NCBI GenBank assembly: GCA_013334525.1
Contig: JAAXXK010000009.1
Span: 6,624 to 70,623, forward strand
Length of the DNA: 64,000 nucleotides
From: Chlorobiaceae bacterium
Lineage (GTDB): Bacteria; Bacteroidota; Chlorobiia; Chlorobiales; Chlorobiaceae
Reading direction: 5' to 3'
This document shows positions 44,809 to 55,284 of the stretch, piece by piece; position 1 is the stretch's first letter, and the number at the start of each line of letters is the position of its first letter. The notes under the pieces were generated by a model. It was given only the letters and a program-made list of their open reading frames with translations. It did no database searches and was not told the origin of the DNA. A program made the translations under genes and the position numbers.

Positions 44809-46269
44809 TCATCTTGAGGGCACTCCGGCCAGGATCTCCACAAGGAAATCCCAGAATTTTCCAACCGAGGCTATCTCAACCTTTTCATCCGGTGAATGGG
44901 GATGGCGAATGGTAGGGCCGAATGAGATCATATCGAGCGAAGGATAACCGGCGCCTATGATCCCGCATTCCAGGCCGGCGTGAACCGCCTTTATCTCGGG
45001 ATATTTGCCGAATTTCGAGCGGTATATCCCTTTCATAACCTTCAGGATGGGCGATTCGGGATTTGGCTTCCAACCAGGATAACCGTTATCGAATACAGGG
45101 TCGGCTTCGGCCAGGACGGAAACACTCCTTATCATCGCCGCAAGATCTTCAATTGCGGAATCCACTGAACTCCTGAGCAGGTACTCGACCCTGACGACGT
45201 TGTTGCCTGATTTTACAATGGCGAGATTGCTGGAAGTTTCAACCAGGCCGGGCATCTCGCTGCTCATTCGCATCACGCCGTTCGGACAGGCATAGAGCGC
45301 ATTGAGGAGGCGGACAAATACCGCCTCTTCAATGATCGTATCAGGAATCGAACACTGAACCACTTCGATATCCAGCGCCGGATCGGCGGCCATAATCTCG
45401 TTTTTGATCTTTCCGACAAGCAGGGAAAGCGATTCAAGAAATTGATCACCACGTTGCACTGGCAAGACTACCGTGGCGGACGATTCACGGGGAATGGCAT
45501 TGCGAAGACTGCCCCCGTCTATCGAGGCCAGGAGCAATCCATGTTCGGCATGACCGTATTGAAGAATGCGGTTCATGATCTTGTTTGCATTGCCGCGTCC
45601 AAGGTTGATATCCATGCCGCTATGGCCACCCTTCAGCCCGGACACGCTGATGGCCAGCCCCATGTAACCCGGTGGAACCGGTTGGACGGCATAGTTGAAA
45701 ATCATCGTCCCGTTCAGGCCACCCGCACAACCGATAAACAGTTCGCCCTCATCTTCAGAATCCAGGTTCAGCAGGATATCGCCTTCAAGGAGAGCGGGTT
45801 TCAACCCGAAGGCTCCCCTCATGCCTGTCTCCTCTTCGCTTGTAAAAAGCACTTCGATCGGACCATGTTGCAGCTCACCTGATTCCAGCACGGCCAGGGC
45901 AGCAGCGACCCCCATACCGTTGTCCGCACCAAGGGTGGTGCCGCAGCCGCGCACCCAATCGCCATCCACAACGGCTTCGATCGGATCGTTTTCAAAATCA
46001 TGAATCGTACCGATGTTCTTCTGCGGCACCATGTCGAGATGGGCTTGAAGGATGACTCCCCTGCGATTTTCCATCCCGGGGGTTGCCGGCTTCCTGATAA
46101 TGACATTTCCCGTTTCGTCAATTACCGTACCAAGCCCGAGATTCAGGCCGAATCCGGCGATAAATGTCCTGATTTTTTCCTCATGCTGTGAAGGACGGGG
46201 AATCCTTGTAAGGCTGTGGAAATTGTTCCAAACCGCCTGAGGCTCCAATTTCCTGATGTCATTGTCCAT
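44809..46269 (-). CDS. pepD: aminoacyl-histidine (Xaa-His) dipeptidase
   Basis: LEPQAVWNNF....IPRPS.HEE and RKPATPGMENRRGVILQAHLDMVPQKN are collinear with remembered E. coli PepD. The Met at 46269 is preferred over 46350. Confidence 0.9.
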   Translation of the reverse strand: MDNDIRKLEPQAVWNNFHSLTRIPRPSQHEEKIRTFIAGFGLNLGLGTVIDETGNVIIRKPATPGMENRRGVILQAHLDMVPQKNIGTIHDFENDPIEAVVDGDWVRGCGTTLGADNGMGVAAALAVLESGELQHGPIEVLFTSEEETGMRGAFGLKPALLEGDILLNLDSEDEGELFIGCAGGLNGTMIFNYAVQPVPPGYMGLAISVSGLKGGHSGMDINLGRGNANKIMNRILQYGHAEHGLLLASIDGGSLRNAIPRESSATVVLPVQRGDQFLESLSLLVGKIKNEIMAADPALDIEVVQCSIPDTIIEEAVFVRLLNALYACPNGVMRMSSEMPGLVETSSNLAIVKSGNNVVRVEYLLRSSVDSAIEDLAAMIRSVSVLAEADPVFDNGYPGWKPNPESPILKVMKGIYRSKFGKYPEIKAVHAGLECGIIGAGYPSLDMISFGPTIRHPHSPDEKVEIASVGKFWDFLVEILAGVPSR

Positions 46270-46661
46270 GAGCTGTCCCTTACATGTTTCAATTACTGTA
46301 TGTATAGAATATAAAAGGTTTTGTACTTTAACGATGTTCATGTGCAGCATCTTGCCGTTTAAATCACTTGATGGATGGCATTTTCATTCATCATTTTTTG
46401 CTATTGTTTAAAAAAATATATACTTAAATTAAGCCTTGACGTATTACCATTCCACCCCCTGCCCGCCTGTCATAAATCGAAAGGCTGTCTTTCAAAGCAG
46501 TTGTTTCGACATTTGAGTTGAGTCAAAAGCCAAAGGCTTGATCAACAAATTATCCGTTGTGAAATATTGTTTTTCATCCGGTTTCGACCGGTATGGAAAA
46601 ACCGTTTACACAACCATTTTTTTCGCGTTCTCATAACAAACAAGTAACAGGGAGATATACC

Positions 46662-47387
46662 ATGGATTTAAAACGCATTGTTGTCAGCAGAAGAAGAGGT
46701 CTTTTCAGCCTGCTTCTTCTCCTTCTCATCGGCGCCAATCCCGTCAGGGAAGCGGTTGCCGTTGATCGGCTGGAGGGAGGATATGTCGGCAGCAGAACCG
46801 AAGGCGACGCCACAACTCCGGTATGGAACTTCGTCAGGAACTTCGAGTTCAACCAGTATTTCTACGCTGAACCGTTCCAGTTCGACTCCTACAACAACGA
46901 GCGGGTCGACAAGATGAACTTCTCCTACTTCGTCGGACACGGCACCTCATGGCAGGTCAAGTGCCAGTCGAACTGGGTAGACCTGAGGAGTGCCGGCGCT
47001 ACCGCCGACAAGGGCTGGGGAGACAGGAATGCCGAATTCGTGACACTTCACGCCTGCAACGTGGTCGCAAGCCCGCTTGAGGTTGCCGACTGGTACTCCG
47101 CATGGACAAACAGCAAAGGAGTATTCGACGGTGTTCATCAGGTGATGGGATTCCGCACCACCGCATCCCAGTCCTGTGACCAGGATATCTCTGAATATTT
47201 CGGCAGCCGCGTCAAAGCAGGTGCTGCAGTATGGCAGGCCTGGTTCGACGCCATCGCGCTCCGCGGTAACGGAAGTGAAAAAGGTGCCGCTGTAATGTAT
47301 CCACCAAGTGAAAACGACTCTTATGCAGTCACAAGCTACGATCCCCCTGCAGATCACACGTGGTTAAGAATCTGGTACCAATATTAA
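46662..47387 (+). CDS. secreted protein with a possible clan-CD-like His/Cys dyad (hypothetical)
   Basis: Signal peptide after MDLKRIVVSRRRGLFSLLLLLLIGA. FSYFVGHGTSW and EFVTLHACNVV resemble caspase-fold His-Gly / Ala-Cys blocks. GGGAG SD present. Confidence 0.55.
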   Translation: MDLKRIVVSRRRGLFSLLLLLLIGANPVREAVAVDRLEGGYVGSRTEGDATTPVWNFVRNFEFNQYFYAEPFQFDSYNNERVDKMNFSYFVGHGTSWQVKCQSNWVDLRSAGATADKGWGDRNAEFVTLHACNVVASPLEVADWYSAWTNSKGVFDGVHQVMGFRTTASQSCDQDISEYFGSRVKAGAAVWQAWFDAIALRGNGSEKGAAVMYPPSENDSYAVTSYDPPADHTWLRIWYQY

Positions 47388-47404
47388 TTGACAGGAGTCA
47401 CACT

Positions 47405-48418
47405 ATGAAAAAATTTATATCCACCATTGCTCTTATGAGCATGACGGCTCTTATGGTGCCGGGCCATTCATCAGTCGTTCTGGCAAAGAGCGCCAAAGTC
47501 ACCAAAAAGATCGAACGTCCTTATCGATTGGGAAACTTTATCGGCAAAAAGAGGCTCGAATCCTACAAGGCTGTTCCGGTAAGGCCGCTCAACTATAAGG
47601 ATGCCTGGGACGTGCTGAGCAGGCTGCAGGCAAGGTCACACGAAAATGTGGCTTTTGAAAATTCCCAGAACCTGACCGGCGGCCGCTATGTATTCACATC
47701 AGAGAGCGATCGTTCAGCCACCTTCGATATCGACGCCGCAACAGGCAGCTTCCTGTGGAATTTCGGGCTCAAGAAGTATACGCACGAACACCCGACCCTC
47801 AACCTGCCCACGGCAGACCAGGCTCCGGCTGTAGCCAGGAAGCGCCTTGCGGAGACCGGCTACCTTCCTGCCAACGAAAGAGAGCTGGTTGTGACGCATG
47901 TCGGCGGCCTGGACATGGGCGTTGCGAAATACGGCTTTAACCCGCTCACCTTCAAAAAACTGGTAACGGTGCAGTTCGGCCGCGTCCTGAACGGCCTTCC
48001 TGTGCAGGGACCCGGTTCACGAATCGTTGTCAGCCTGGGTGAAGACGGTGCACTTGCCGGTTTGATCCGCAACTGGCCTGAAGTTACTTCCGCCAAAATC
48101 GCGAGCAACAAGCTGAAATCCAATCCGGCTATCCGCAAAGAGATCAGGCTGCAGTTACGTAAAGAAGCCGGAGATGCCGTATCGACCTCTATCCGCAATG
48201 CCTCGCTGGTGCTCTTTGATGACGGACGTGGAGTTATCGAACCCGCAGTCTACGTCGTAGCTGACGCTCGCTATACGGGCCCGAGGAATGAAACGCTGGT
48301 CAACAATCCTGTTGATTTCTATGTTCCGGTACTGAAAAAGCCTGAAGCCTACTATCCGTACATGAAGTCAAGGAATGCTAACGCTCCCGGCTTCGACGAC
48401 CGCAAGACAACAAAGTAA
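47405..48418 (+). CDS. secreted hypothetical protein, partner of 46662..47387
   Basis: AGGAG SD 8 nt upstream. Signal peptide MKKFISTIALMSMTALMVPGHSSVVLA. Starts 17 nt after the previous stop. Confidence 0.6.
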   Translation: MKKFISTIALMSMTALMVPGHSSVVLAKSAKVTKKIERPYRLGNFIGKKRLESYKAVPVRPLNYKDAWDVLSRLQARSHENVAFENSQNLTGGRYVFTSESDRSATFDIDAATGSFLWNFGLKKYTHEHPTLNLPTADQAPAVARKRLAETGYLPANERELVVTHVGGLDMGVAKYGFNPLTFKKLVTVQFGRVLNGLPVQGPGSRIVVSLGEDGALAGLIRNWPEVTSAKIASNKLKSNPAIRKEIRLQLRKEAGDAVSTSIRNASLVLFDDGRGVIEPAVYVVADARYTGPRNETLVNNPVDFYVPVLKKPEAYYPYMKSRNANAPGFDDRKTTK

Positions 48419-48462
48419 GCGTCACACCCTTGAACCATAGCCCATCATAAAGGGCGAAGTTT

Positions 48463-48516
48463 ACAGTCAGGCCCGGTAATCGTTCTACAGGAACAGTTAC
48501 CGGGCCTGACTGTTTT
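48463..48516 (+). terminator. rho-independent terminator
   Basis: 17-bp perfect stem acagtcaggcccggtaa / ttaccgggcctgactgt followed by tttt. Confidence 0.85.
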
Positions 48517-48900
48517 CGGGCAACCAAATACCATATACCGGCTTTTGCAGGTTGAAGGCTATCTGGTATCCACCCCTCAGGCAGGGTACCTTATCCGCTC
48601 GTCAAATCCTCATCCCGTCTTTACCCATCGTAAAACCGGCAACCGGTCATATCGATTTTTCAATCCCCTCAACTGCTGTTTATTTTATTGAAAACATCCC
48701 CGGCAACTCTCTCCATGCCACGATCGCCCGTATCGGGAAGCACAATGGAACCATGATCATTTAAAACGTGTTCAAAATATCGACGCTTACTGACAACTCG
48801 CCAATAAAAAACCCTTGTAAGCGCTTCCAGAAAATGAAGGACGAACAGCATCACCCTTGCAATGCCTTTTTAAAAGAATTGCAACCATCGAATCATTTTT

Positions 48901-49542
48901 ATGAATAAAAGGTTTTCAACTGCACCGCTCACGATGATTCTCGTGACGATCATTACCTCCCTTCTTTATTGCGCGTCGACAAAACTGAGCGCATCGACGA
49001 TATTGCCTGATACCCTTTCAACCGAAAAGGCAAGATTATTGAACGGGGAGATCATTGTTAAACTTACGAGCCTGGATAACGGAGTTACCGGCGTATTCGG
49101 GAAAATATATATCAAGGCCCGGCCTGAAATAGTATGGGCGGTCCTGACGGATTACAATAACCATAAACATTACATCCCGAAGATCACCGATAGCGGCTTG
49201 ATTTCAGGAAACGGCAATGAGCAGGTAATATTTCAAAGCGGTCAAACCACAATCCTGATCTTCCGGAAACGTGTGTACATAAAAGTCAAAACCCATGGGG
49301 AGTATCTGAAGCAGCTCGATTTTCAGCAAATCGCCGGTGATTTCAAGGTTTATCATGGAAGATGGATCCTTGATGAGTCTCCCCAGGGAAAAGGGACATT
49401 TCTTACCTATGAGTGCGAAGTCAAGCCTGATTTTTTTGCCCCTGCCTTTGTTGTCAGATTTGTCCAGAGGCATGACTTCCCCATGGTGCTCTCTGCGATG
49501 AAGAGCCGCGCTGAGTCAATGGCTGTTTCAGTGTTGAAGTAA
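48901..49542 (+). CDS. SRPBCC (cyclase/dehydrase-like) domain protein with signal peptide
   Basis: RPEIVWAVLTDYNNHKHYIPKITDS is typical of the SRPBCC N-terminal strand-helix region. Confidence 0.6.
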   Translation: MNKRFSTAPLTMILVTIITSLLYCASTKLSASTILPDTLSTEKARLLNGEIIVKLTSLDNGVTGVFGKIYIKARPEIVWAVLTDYNNHKHYIPKITDSGLISGNGNEQVIFQSGQTTILIFRKRVYIKVKTHGEYLKQLDFQQIAGDFKVYHGRWILDESPQGKGTFLTYECEVKPDFFAPAFVVRFVQRHDFPMVLSAMKSRAESMAVSVLK

Positions 49543-49560
49543 CCAACCGGATATCCGTTT

Positions 49561-50676
49561 ATGGACTCATTTTTTAAAACCAGGCTCACCGATCTTCTCT
49601 CCTCGGCAGGAATCACTGTCGACGGCACACAGCCCTGGGATATACGGGTGCATGACGATCGTTTTTACCGGCGTGTGCTCTCTGAAGCCCATCTCGGGAC
49701 AGGTGAATCCTACATGGACGGCTGGTGGGATTGCGATGAGCTCGATGAATTTTTCTTCCGGGTGCTGCGCGCGGGACTCCAAAGGAAGGTCTCCGGCCTT
49801 CCCCGTATGATGAACAATCTGGCCGGCAGGATAATGAACCTTCAAAATCCTTTACGAGCCTTTACCGTCGGGGAGACCCATTACAACATCGGCAACGACC
49901 TCTACGAAGCCATGCTCGACAGGCACATGATCTACAGTTGCGCCTACTGGAAAAACGCTTCTGACCTGAATCAGGCCCAGGAGAACAAGTTGCGTCTCGT
50001 GTTCGACAAACTGATGGTCAAGCCCGGCATGAAGCTGCTCGACATAGGCTGCGGATGGGGCGGCGCAGCCAGATTCGCAGCGGAACACTACGGAGCCGAA
50101 GTAACCGGGCTGACCATATCTACCGAACAGGTGAAACTCGCCAGGGAGAAATGCCGAGGGCTGCCAGTAAACATCGAACTCATGGATTATCGCAACGTCA
50201 GCGGCCGATTCGACAGGATCTATTCGATAGGCATGTTCGAGCACGTCGGCCACAAAAACTACAGGCAATACTTTGAGGTCGCAAGAAAGTGCCTTTCCCC
50301 TGAAGGACTTTTCCTTCTCCATACCATCGGCAGCAACAAGACAGGCACCAACACCGACAAATGGACCTCGAAGTACATCTTCCCCAACTCGATGCTCCCC
50401 TCCGCCAACCATATCACCCGTGCAACCGAAGGGCTGCTGGTCATGGAGGACTGGCACTCGTTCGGCCATGATTACTACCGCACCCTGAAAGCATGGAACG
50501 ACAACATCGTCACCCACCGCCCGTCATTGGAAAAAAGTTACGACGAGCGCTTTTTCAGGATGTGGCACTACTACCTCCTCAGCGCAGCAGGCTCTTTTCG
50601 GGCCAGAAACGTTCAACTCTGGCAGATACTCTACTCCGTTGGCGGTATCGTAGGTGATCTGTGCGTATCGAGATAA
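49561..50676 (+). CDS. cfa: cyclopropane-fatty-acyl-phospholipid synthase
   Basis: HYNIGNDLYEAMLD, the SAM motif LLDIGCGWGG, SIGMFEHVG and YIFPNSMLPS. Confidence 0.9.
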   Translation: MDSFFKTRLTDLLSSAGITVDGTQPWDIRVHDDRFYRRVLSEAHLGTGESYMDGWWDCDELDEFFFRVLRAGLQRKVSGLPRMMNNLAGRIMNLQNPLRAFTVGETHYNIGNDLYEAMLDRHMIYSCAYWKNASDLNQAQENKLRLVFDKLMVKPGMKLLDIGCGWGGAARFAAEHYGAEVTGLTISTEQVKLAREKCRGLPVNIELMDYRNVSGRFDRIYSIGMFEHVGHKNYRQYFEVARKCLSPEGLFLLHTIGSNKTGTNTDKWTSKYIFPNSMLPSANHITRATEGLLVMEDWHSFGHDYYRTLKAWNDNIVTHRPSLEKSYDERFFRMWHYYLLSAAGSFRARNVQLWQILYSVGGIVGDLCVSR

Positions 50677-51072
50677 TCACGTTAGCCACAGGCCCCCTCA
50701 ACTGACAATCCGGCCAAAACTCTGCCATCACGGGAACCACCGAAAGGAGGCAATCAAAAGTTGACCGATGAACAGAGCGGCAATACTGTAGCCTATATCG
50801 TTAAGCACAGCAGGTAAAGGAAGTGCCCGGCCGTGTTGAATTACTCCTTCGATGAAGCTTTACAGGCCATACTTTACGCTGTCGGCTACAATTGAATCGC
50901 ATGACGAAACCATAAACATCAAAGAGCATCCTGCACAAAGGCACTCTTCGAGGTTTTTATCTGTTGTTATGAGGGTACGGGTTCAGGTAAATCAATATCG
51001 CAGCCCCCCGCTTTGCTCCACCCTCTCCCTGATCATCAAATTTTTACCGATTATGGAACACATCAAGAACCC

Positions 51073-51675
51073 ATGAAAAAGTTCATTGCTATCATCTCTG
51101 CCTCTATCCTCATGATCTCCTCAGCTTCAGCGTTCAGTGAAACCCCGACATCCGAACAAACGAACAAATGGCGAAAGGATGCTGCGCTCGAAAAGCCTTA
51201 CGCACTCCACAATATCGGACTTATGTACTACAAGGGCGATGTGGTGAAACTGGACTATGAGGAGTCGGTAAAGTGGTTCCGGATGGCTGCCGTCCAGGGA
51301 GACGCCGATTCGCAGGACAACATGGGAGATGCCTATTCCAACGGACGGGGAGTCAAACAGGACTACGTTGAAGCCGCCAGGTGGTATCGACTCTCTGCAG
51401 AAGGCGGGTATTCAAGAGGACAGAACAATCTGGGCAATGCTTATTTCGATGGAAAAGGGGTGCCGCTGAACTACGAGGAAGCGCTCAAGTGGTATCGACT
51501 GGCAGCAGCTCAGGGATTGGAGATGTCTCAATACAAACTCGGGACGATCTACTCCGAAGGCCGGGGAGTAGTCAGGAATATGGCAACAGCAATGAGGTGG
51601 TTCCACAAGGCATGCGACAACGGTGATCCGCGTGGATGCGTGGAGTATCAAAAGCTGAAAGAATCTGGGTATTGA
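51073..51675 (+). CDS. Sel1-repeat periplasmic protein
   Basis: Signal peptide MKKFIAIISASILMISSASAF. Four or five Sel1 repeats (A.KWFRMAA.QG...Q.N.G..Y..G.GV). Confidence 0.8.
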   Translation: MKKFIAIISASILMISSASAFSETPTSEQTNKWRKDAALEKPYALHNIGLMYYKGDVVKLDYEESVKWFRMAAVQGDADSQDNMGDAYSNGRGVKQDYVEAARWYRLSAEGGYSRGQNNLGNAYFDGKGVPLNYEEALKWYRLAAAQGLEMSQYKLGTIYSEGRGVVRNMATAMRWFHKACDNGDPRGCVEYQKLKESGY

Positions 51676-51749
51676 TCTATCTCTCCACGCTCCATACCTT
51701 TACCCAAATCTGGAGTAACGGTGGGCCTTCAATCGCTGTTGGCCCGGCG

Positions 51750-52574
51750 CTATCTCCGGTACCCCTCCTGTAAACCCTTCGACTGGTAACCTCCGGCAAA
51801 ATCCATTACGCACATATCCCGGTATGTGCGATGTGGCCCGATATCCACGCCGACAAGCCGGAAGCTGTCGTTCAGGAGGTTTTTCCTGTGGCCGCGCGAC
51901 GGCACGCCATCATCGATCAGCAGAAAGGCGACGATTGTCCTTGCATCATTGAAGCCGTAGGAGATGTTTTCAGCGGCAATATGCTCCCATCGACCGTATC
52001 GGTTCATCCGGGTGAACGGAGTTGAGCTGTCGCTTCCGCCATGCCCTATTGCCCCGGTCCGGCCCTGGTCACGAACATGGTCACGTGCGGCCAGCGTGAG
52101 ACCCTCTCGCGGCGACAGGCACGGAAGCGGACTTGCGCGTTTCAGCTCCCGGATACACTCCTCAAGCGCGGCAACCCCCTCGCGGGTCGAAAGGGGTATT
52201 TTCCCTGGGAATTTTATAAGGCGGCCCTGATAGTATGACCTGAGTGGCACCAGGTACCTCTGGGCGTAACGAGCGGGATCGCTCCTCATCATGTTGATTT
52301 CAATAACGACCTGGCGTTCGGTTCTGGTCATGTAATCGGCGCCTCGGGTCGTATCGATCGTTTCAAGCATCCAGTCCTGAGATGGACCAGGCTCACCTCC
52401 ATTTTGGTCGGAACTCTGCTGGTCGAGGGCCTCCTCATTCCATTTCAGGTGTCTCTGTTCTGCGGAACGGGGTGAAGATCCGGTGAAAGCTTCATTTCTA
52501 CCCTCCGCGTTGCCGGAACAGAACATCAGGATGATAAAAAGAAGGCTGGACTTTACGATGGGATTGATACGCAT
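51750..52574 (-). CDS. CAP (SCP/PR1-like, YkwD-like) domain secreted protein
   Basis: Signal peptide. EINMMRSDPARYA, GHGGSDSS, ENISYG and GHRKNLLN are CAP-domain signatures. Confidence 0.75.
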   Translation of the reverse strand: MRINPIVKSSLLFIILMFCSGNAEGRNEAFTGSSPRSAEQRHLKWNEEALDQQSSDQNGGEPGPSQDWMLETIDTTRGADYMTRTERQVVIEINMMRSDPARYAQRYLVPLRSYYQGRLIKFPGKIPLSTREGVAALEECIRELKRASPLPCLSPREGLTLAARDHVRDQGRTGAIGHGGSDSSTPFTRMNRYGRWEHIAAENISYGFNDARTIVAFLLIDDGVPSRGHRKNLLNDSFRLVGVDIGPHRTYRDMCVMDFAGGYQSKGLQEGYRR

Positions 52575-53005
52575 GGTACTGATTTACATATTTCCCCTCC
52601 TCTGCCTCTGACCGGCAACAGCGGAAGGGATGGCGTGCCGGGAAATCAGGAATGTGGGCCGGAATTGTCGTCAAAGGGCTCAGCCATCGTCTTATCCGGT
52701 TCACAAGCCACGGCCATCATTATATCAGTATAATCATTCGACAACTGATAGTGGGTAAATAAGGCCGTAATTTTCAGGTTCACGAATTGCCGTTGTCTGT
52801 CAACTCAATAGATCATATTCCTGAAAACAGTTAAAAAGCGATCGTACCACCGGACCCAGGGTACATTCATGATGACCGGTGCTTGAGCATGAGACGACCT
52901 GCCTGATGCCTTGAAAGGAGCAGTTATCCCGAACTATGCGAAACCTCGATGAGAAGAGTTGCCCGGTCGATCTGAGTCATGGGGCCAAGGAAAGATGGGC
53001 GAAAA

Positions 53006-53245
53006 TCACTCCGGATCGTTCAGGGCGGACGAATAGCCCTGCTGGCCGACCCGCTCACCGCCGGATCGCGGAGCGCCCTTGTCGCTATATTCCTGATTGA
53101 TCTTCACCATGGAATCGGTGACCAGAAACCCCGCCCCGATTACCAGAAGCCCCGGTAATCCACAGGCAAGGCAGGCTATTCCGAGGGGTGGAAGGAGCAG
53201 TACCGTTGCTCCGGCTATACCTACAGTTTCCTTGATCATCTCCAA
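53006..53245 (-). CDS. small 2-TM membrane protein
   Basis: AGGAGG SD 5-6 nt upstream of the ATG. GIAGATVLLLPPLGIACLACGLPGLLVIGAGFLV. Confidence 0.55.
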   Translation of the reverse strand: MEMIKETVGIAGATVLLLPPLGIACLACGLPGLLVIGAGFLVTDSMVKINQEYSDKGAPRSGGERVGQQGYSSALNDPE

Positions 53246-53344
53246 TCCTCCTGACTTTCAGAATTTGAATGGCTTCAGCTGAACTCTTCAGTCTGAAATA
53301 TAACGCGAATCCTTGTTCCGTAAAACTCCGCAGGAGCGCCCCGG

Positions 53345-53887
53345 TCAATCATCCTCATCGGCAACGCTGCGATCTTTGAAAATGACATCGCCCTTCGCCT
53401 GCTCCCATATGCTGCCGAATTTGAGTTTTTCAGGCTCCGTGAAACGTATTGCGCCGGCAAGAAACCAGGCTGAGGGCTGTTTCTCGGGATCGTCTCCCTC
53501 GCTGGTGCCCATGTGCATCAACCCGATTATCTTCCCCTCCTCTCCGCGAATCAGCCGCCAGTGCCCCAGGATGTAACGCTTCGAATCAGCGGCAACGATG
53601 TCGAGCACCTCTTCAATCTCCCCCTGTTCGCTGTCGCCACGCAAGGCCAGGCCGCCATATGCATAGGCGACAGAGTGGTGCTCGTCAAGCACGTAACGGA
53701 GATACTTGTTCCTGACCATATGATGCAGATCCAGTCCGTCTATCATGTAGATGAACTGCTTCCCCTCATCAGAAACCCCTGATACAGACCGCGGAAGAAC
53801 ACCGTTCTCCTCGGCAAGGCTGTAATACCACTCCGAATACTCTTCGAACAACTCCGCAAGCAGTGCCCTTGACTCAATGGTTTGCAT
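53345..53887 (-). CDS. hypothetical protein
   Basis: 180-aa ORF with plausible composition and no recognisable motif. Confidence 0.5.
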   Translation of the reverse strand: MQTIESRALLAELFEEYSEWYYSLAEENGVLPRSVSGVSDEGKQFIYMIDGLDLHHMVRNKYLRYVLDEHHSVAYAYGGLALRGDSEQGEIEEVLDIVAADSKRYILGHWRLIRGEEGKIIGLMHMGTSEGDDPEKQPSAWFLAGAIRFTEPEKLKFGSIWEQAKGDVIFKDRSVADEDD

Positions 53888-54108
53888 GGCTGATTTTTCG
53901 TTTAAGTGAACGGCTCGTTGCTCAAGCCCCGAGAAGGAAATATGCCCTATTTTCGATGAGCATCCACCCTCTTTTTACCACAAGGTTCCCGGACATAATT
54001 CCAGCCGGATTGTTGCCTGACCTCCCCTATGAAAGGAAATTGCATGGGGCCGCCCGAAAATGATCAGCAACGAGGTAAAATTGGAGACCATGGTGACCGG
54101 TCGGACCG

Positions 54109-55284
54109 TCAACTCCCCCCGTTCCGATCCTCCAGGAGGTCGTCGATGAAATGATCGATCATGACCTTCCCCTCGTGCCGCATGACGATATCGTGCGCCA
54201 GCTTTCCACCAAGGCGCTCATCATCGTAGGGCGCGAGACTCCATTTCTTCATCACCCGCTCACCGGGTCGCAGGAAATAGACGGTATTCGAAATATCGTT
54301 TTTCCAGGCCGGATAGTTGATTTCGTCAAGACGCTGTTTCAGGTAGAGGGCATTCTTCAGGATCAACTCAGCCTGGCGCCGGTAACCTTCCACTCCCGTC
54401 TTGTGGATTTGCCACCAGAACTTAAGCGGAGCCAGCGCTGAACGCGAACAACTGATGGTAGGAACCGAATCGTTCAGGTATGAGACGCGATAAGGATTTT
54501 GGCTTGCCAGAAGCTCCTTTGTCGTGATGAACAGACCCGATGGCTCATCGAAACCGAAGAATTTGTGGCCGCTGACCGCAATGGAATCGAACCTCCGGTC
54601 ACGATGACTGACCAGGTGGGCGTGCTCTGTAAACGGCAGGTACCCTCCGAACAGCGCCGCGTCGACATGACGGTAAACCGCGACAGGCCGTTTTCTCTCC
54701 AGCACCTCATTTATGGCATCCTGATCGTCAATACCACCCTTGAAGGTCGTGCCGAGAGCAATAACGATCAATGCAGGCCTGGTCGTATCAAGCGCCTGCT
54801 CAAAGGCCTGCACATCTATTTCTCCCTTTATGTTGGTCGGAATCTGCCTCATCTCCAGGGCCTGAAGCTCGCCGAGCCTCTTGACCGAGTAATGGGCCTC
54901 CTCCGAAACGTACAGGACAGGTTTGATTTCGGATTTTGAACCCAGAACATTGACACCGAAGTAAATACCGTGGTTGTTGCCATCGGTGCCGCCACTGGTG
55001 ACGATCCCCCAGGCATCCGATGGTGAAAATCCGTACAAAGGCGCAAAGAAATCGATGACTTCGTTTTCGAATTCGTGGGTATTAAGGTCGTACAAGCTTG
55101 GCCGGCAAGGATCGCCCACGTTGTTCATAGCCACATCTGCCAGGCCAGATACTGCATACCAGTGATAGAAATCGGCCAATTTGACGTTCTGGTTACAAGG
55201 GAACCCGACCGCAGTCTTTTTCTCTTTCACCATCTTTTCGGCGAATGCGTTCAGCCGGTTTATCTCTACGCTGGATATGGTCAT
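54109..55284 (-). CDS. group II PLP-dependent decarboxylase, histidine-decarboxylase-like
   Basis: SGHKFFG (PLP Lys), TSGGTDGNNHG and HVDAALFG. About 390 aa, collinear with remembered Gram-negative HdcA. Confidence 0.7.
   Translation of the reverse strand: MTISSVEINRLNAFAEKMVKEKKTAVGFPCNQNVKLADFYHWYAVSGLADVAMNNVGDPCRPSLYDLNTHEFENEVIDFFAPLYGFSPSDAWGIVTSGGTDGNNHGIYFGVNVLGSKSEIKPVLYVSEEAHYSVKRLGELQALEMRQIPTNIKGEIDVQAFEQALDTTRPALIVIALGTTFKGGIDDQDAINEVLERKRPVAVYRHVDAALFGGYLPFTEHAHLVSHRDRRFDSIAVSGHKFFGFDEPSGLFITTKELLASQNPYRVSYLNDSVPTISCSRSALAPLKFWWQIHKTGVEGYRRQAELILKNALYLKQRLDEINYPAWKNDISNTVYFLRPGERVMKKWSLAPYDDERLGGKLAHDIVMRHEGKVMIDHFIDDLLEDRNGGS

Noticed and set aside
48552-48854. Two overlapping about 60-70-aa ORFs in the 480-nt gap before the SRPBCC gene
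   Set aside because: There is no SD, one has a TTG start, there are no motifs, and they lie antisense to each other. This could be a decayed gene, but that is not supportable.
49852-50517. 221-aa minus-strand ORF
   Set aside because: It is antisense to cfa, which has the SAM motif LLDIGCGWGG. It is a shadow frame.
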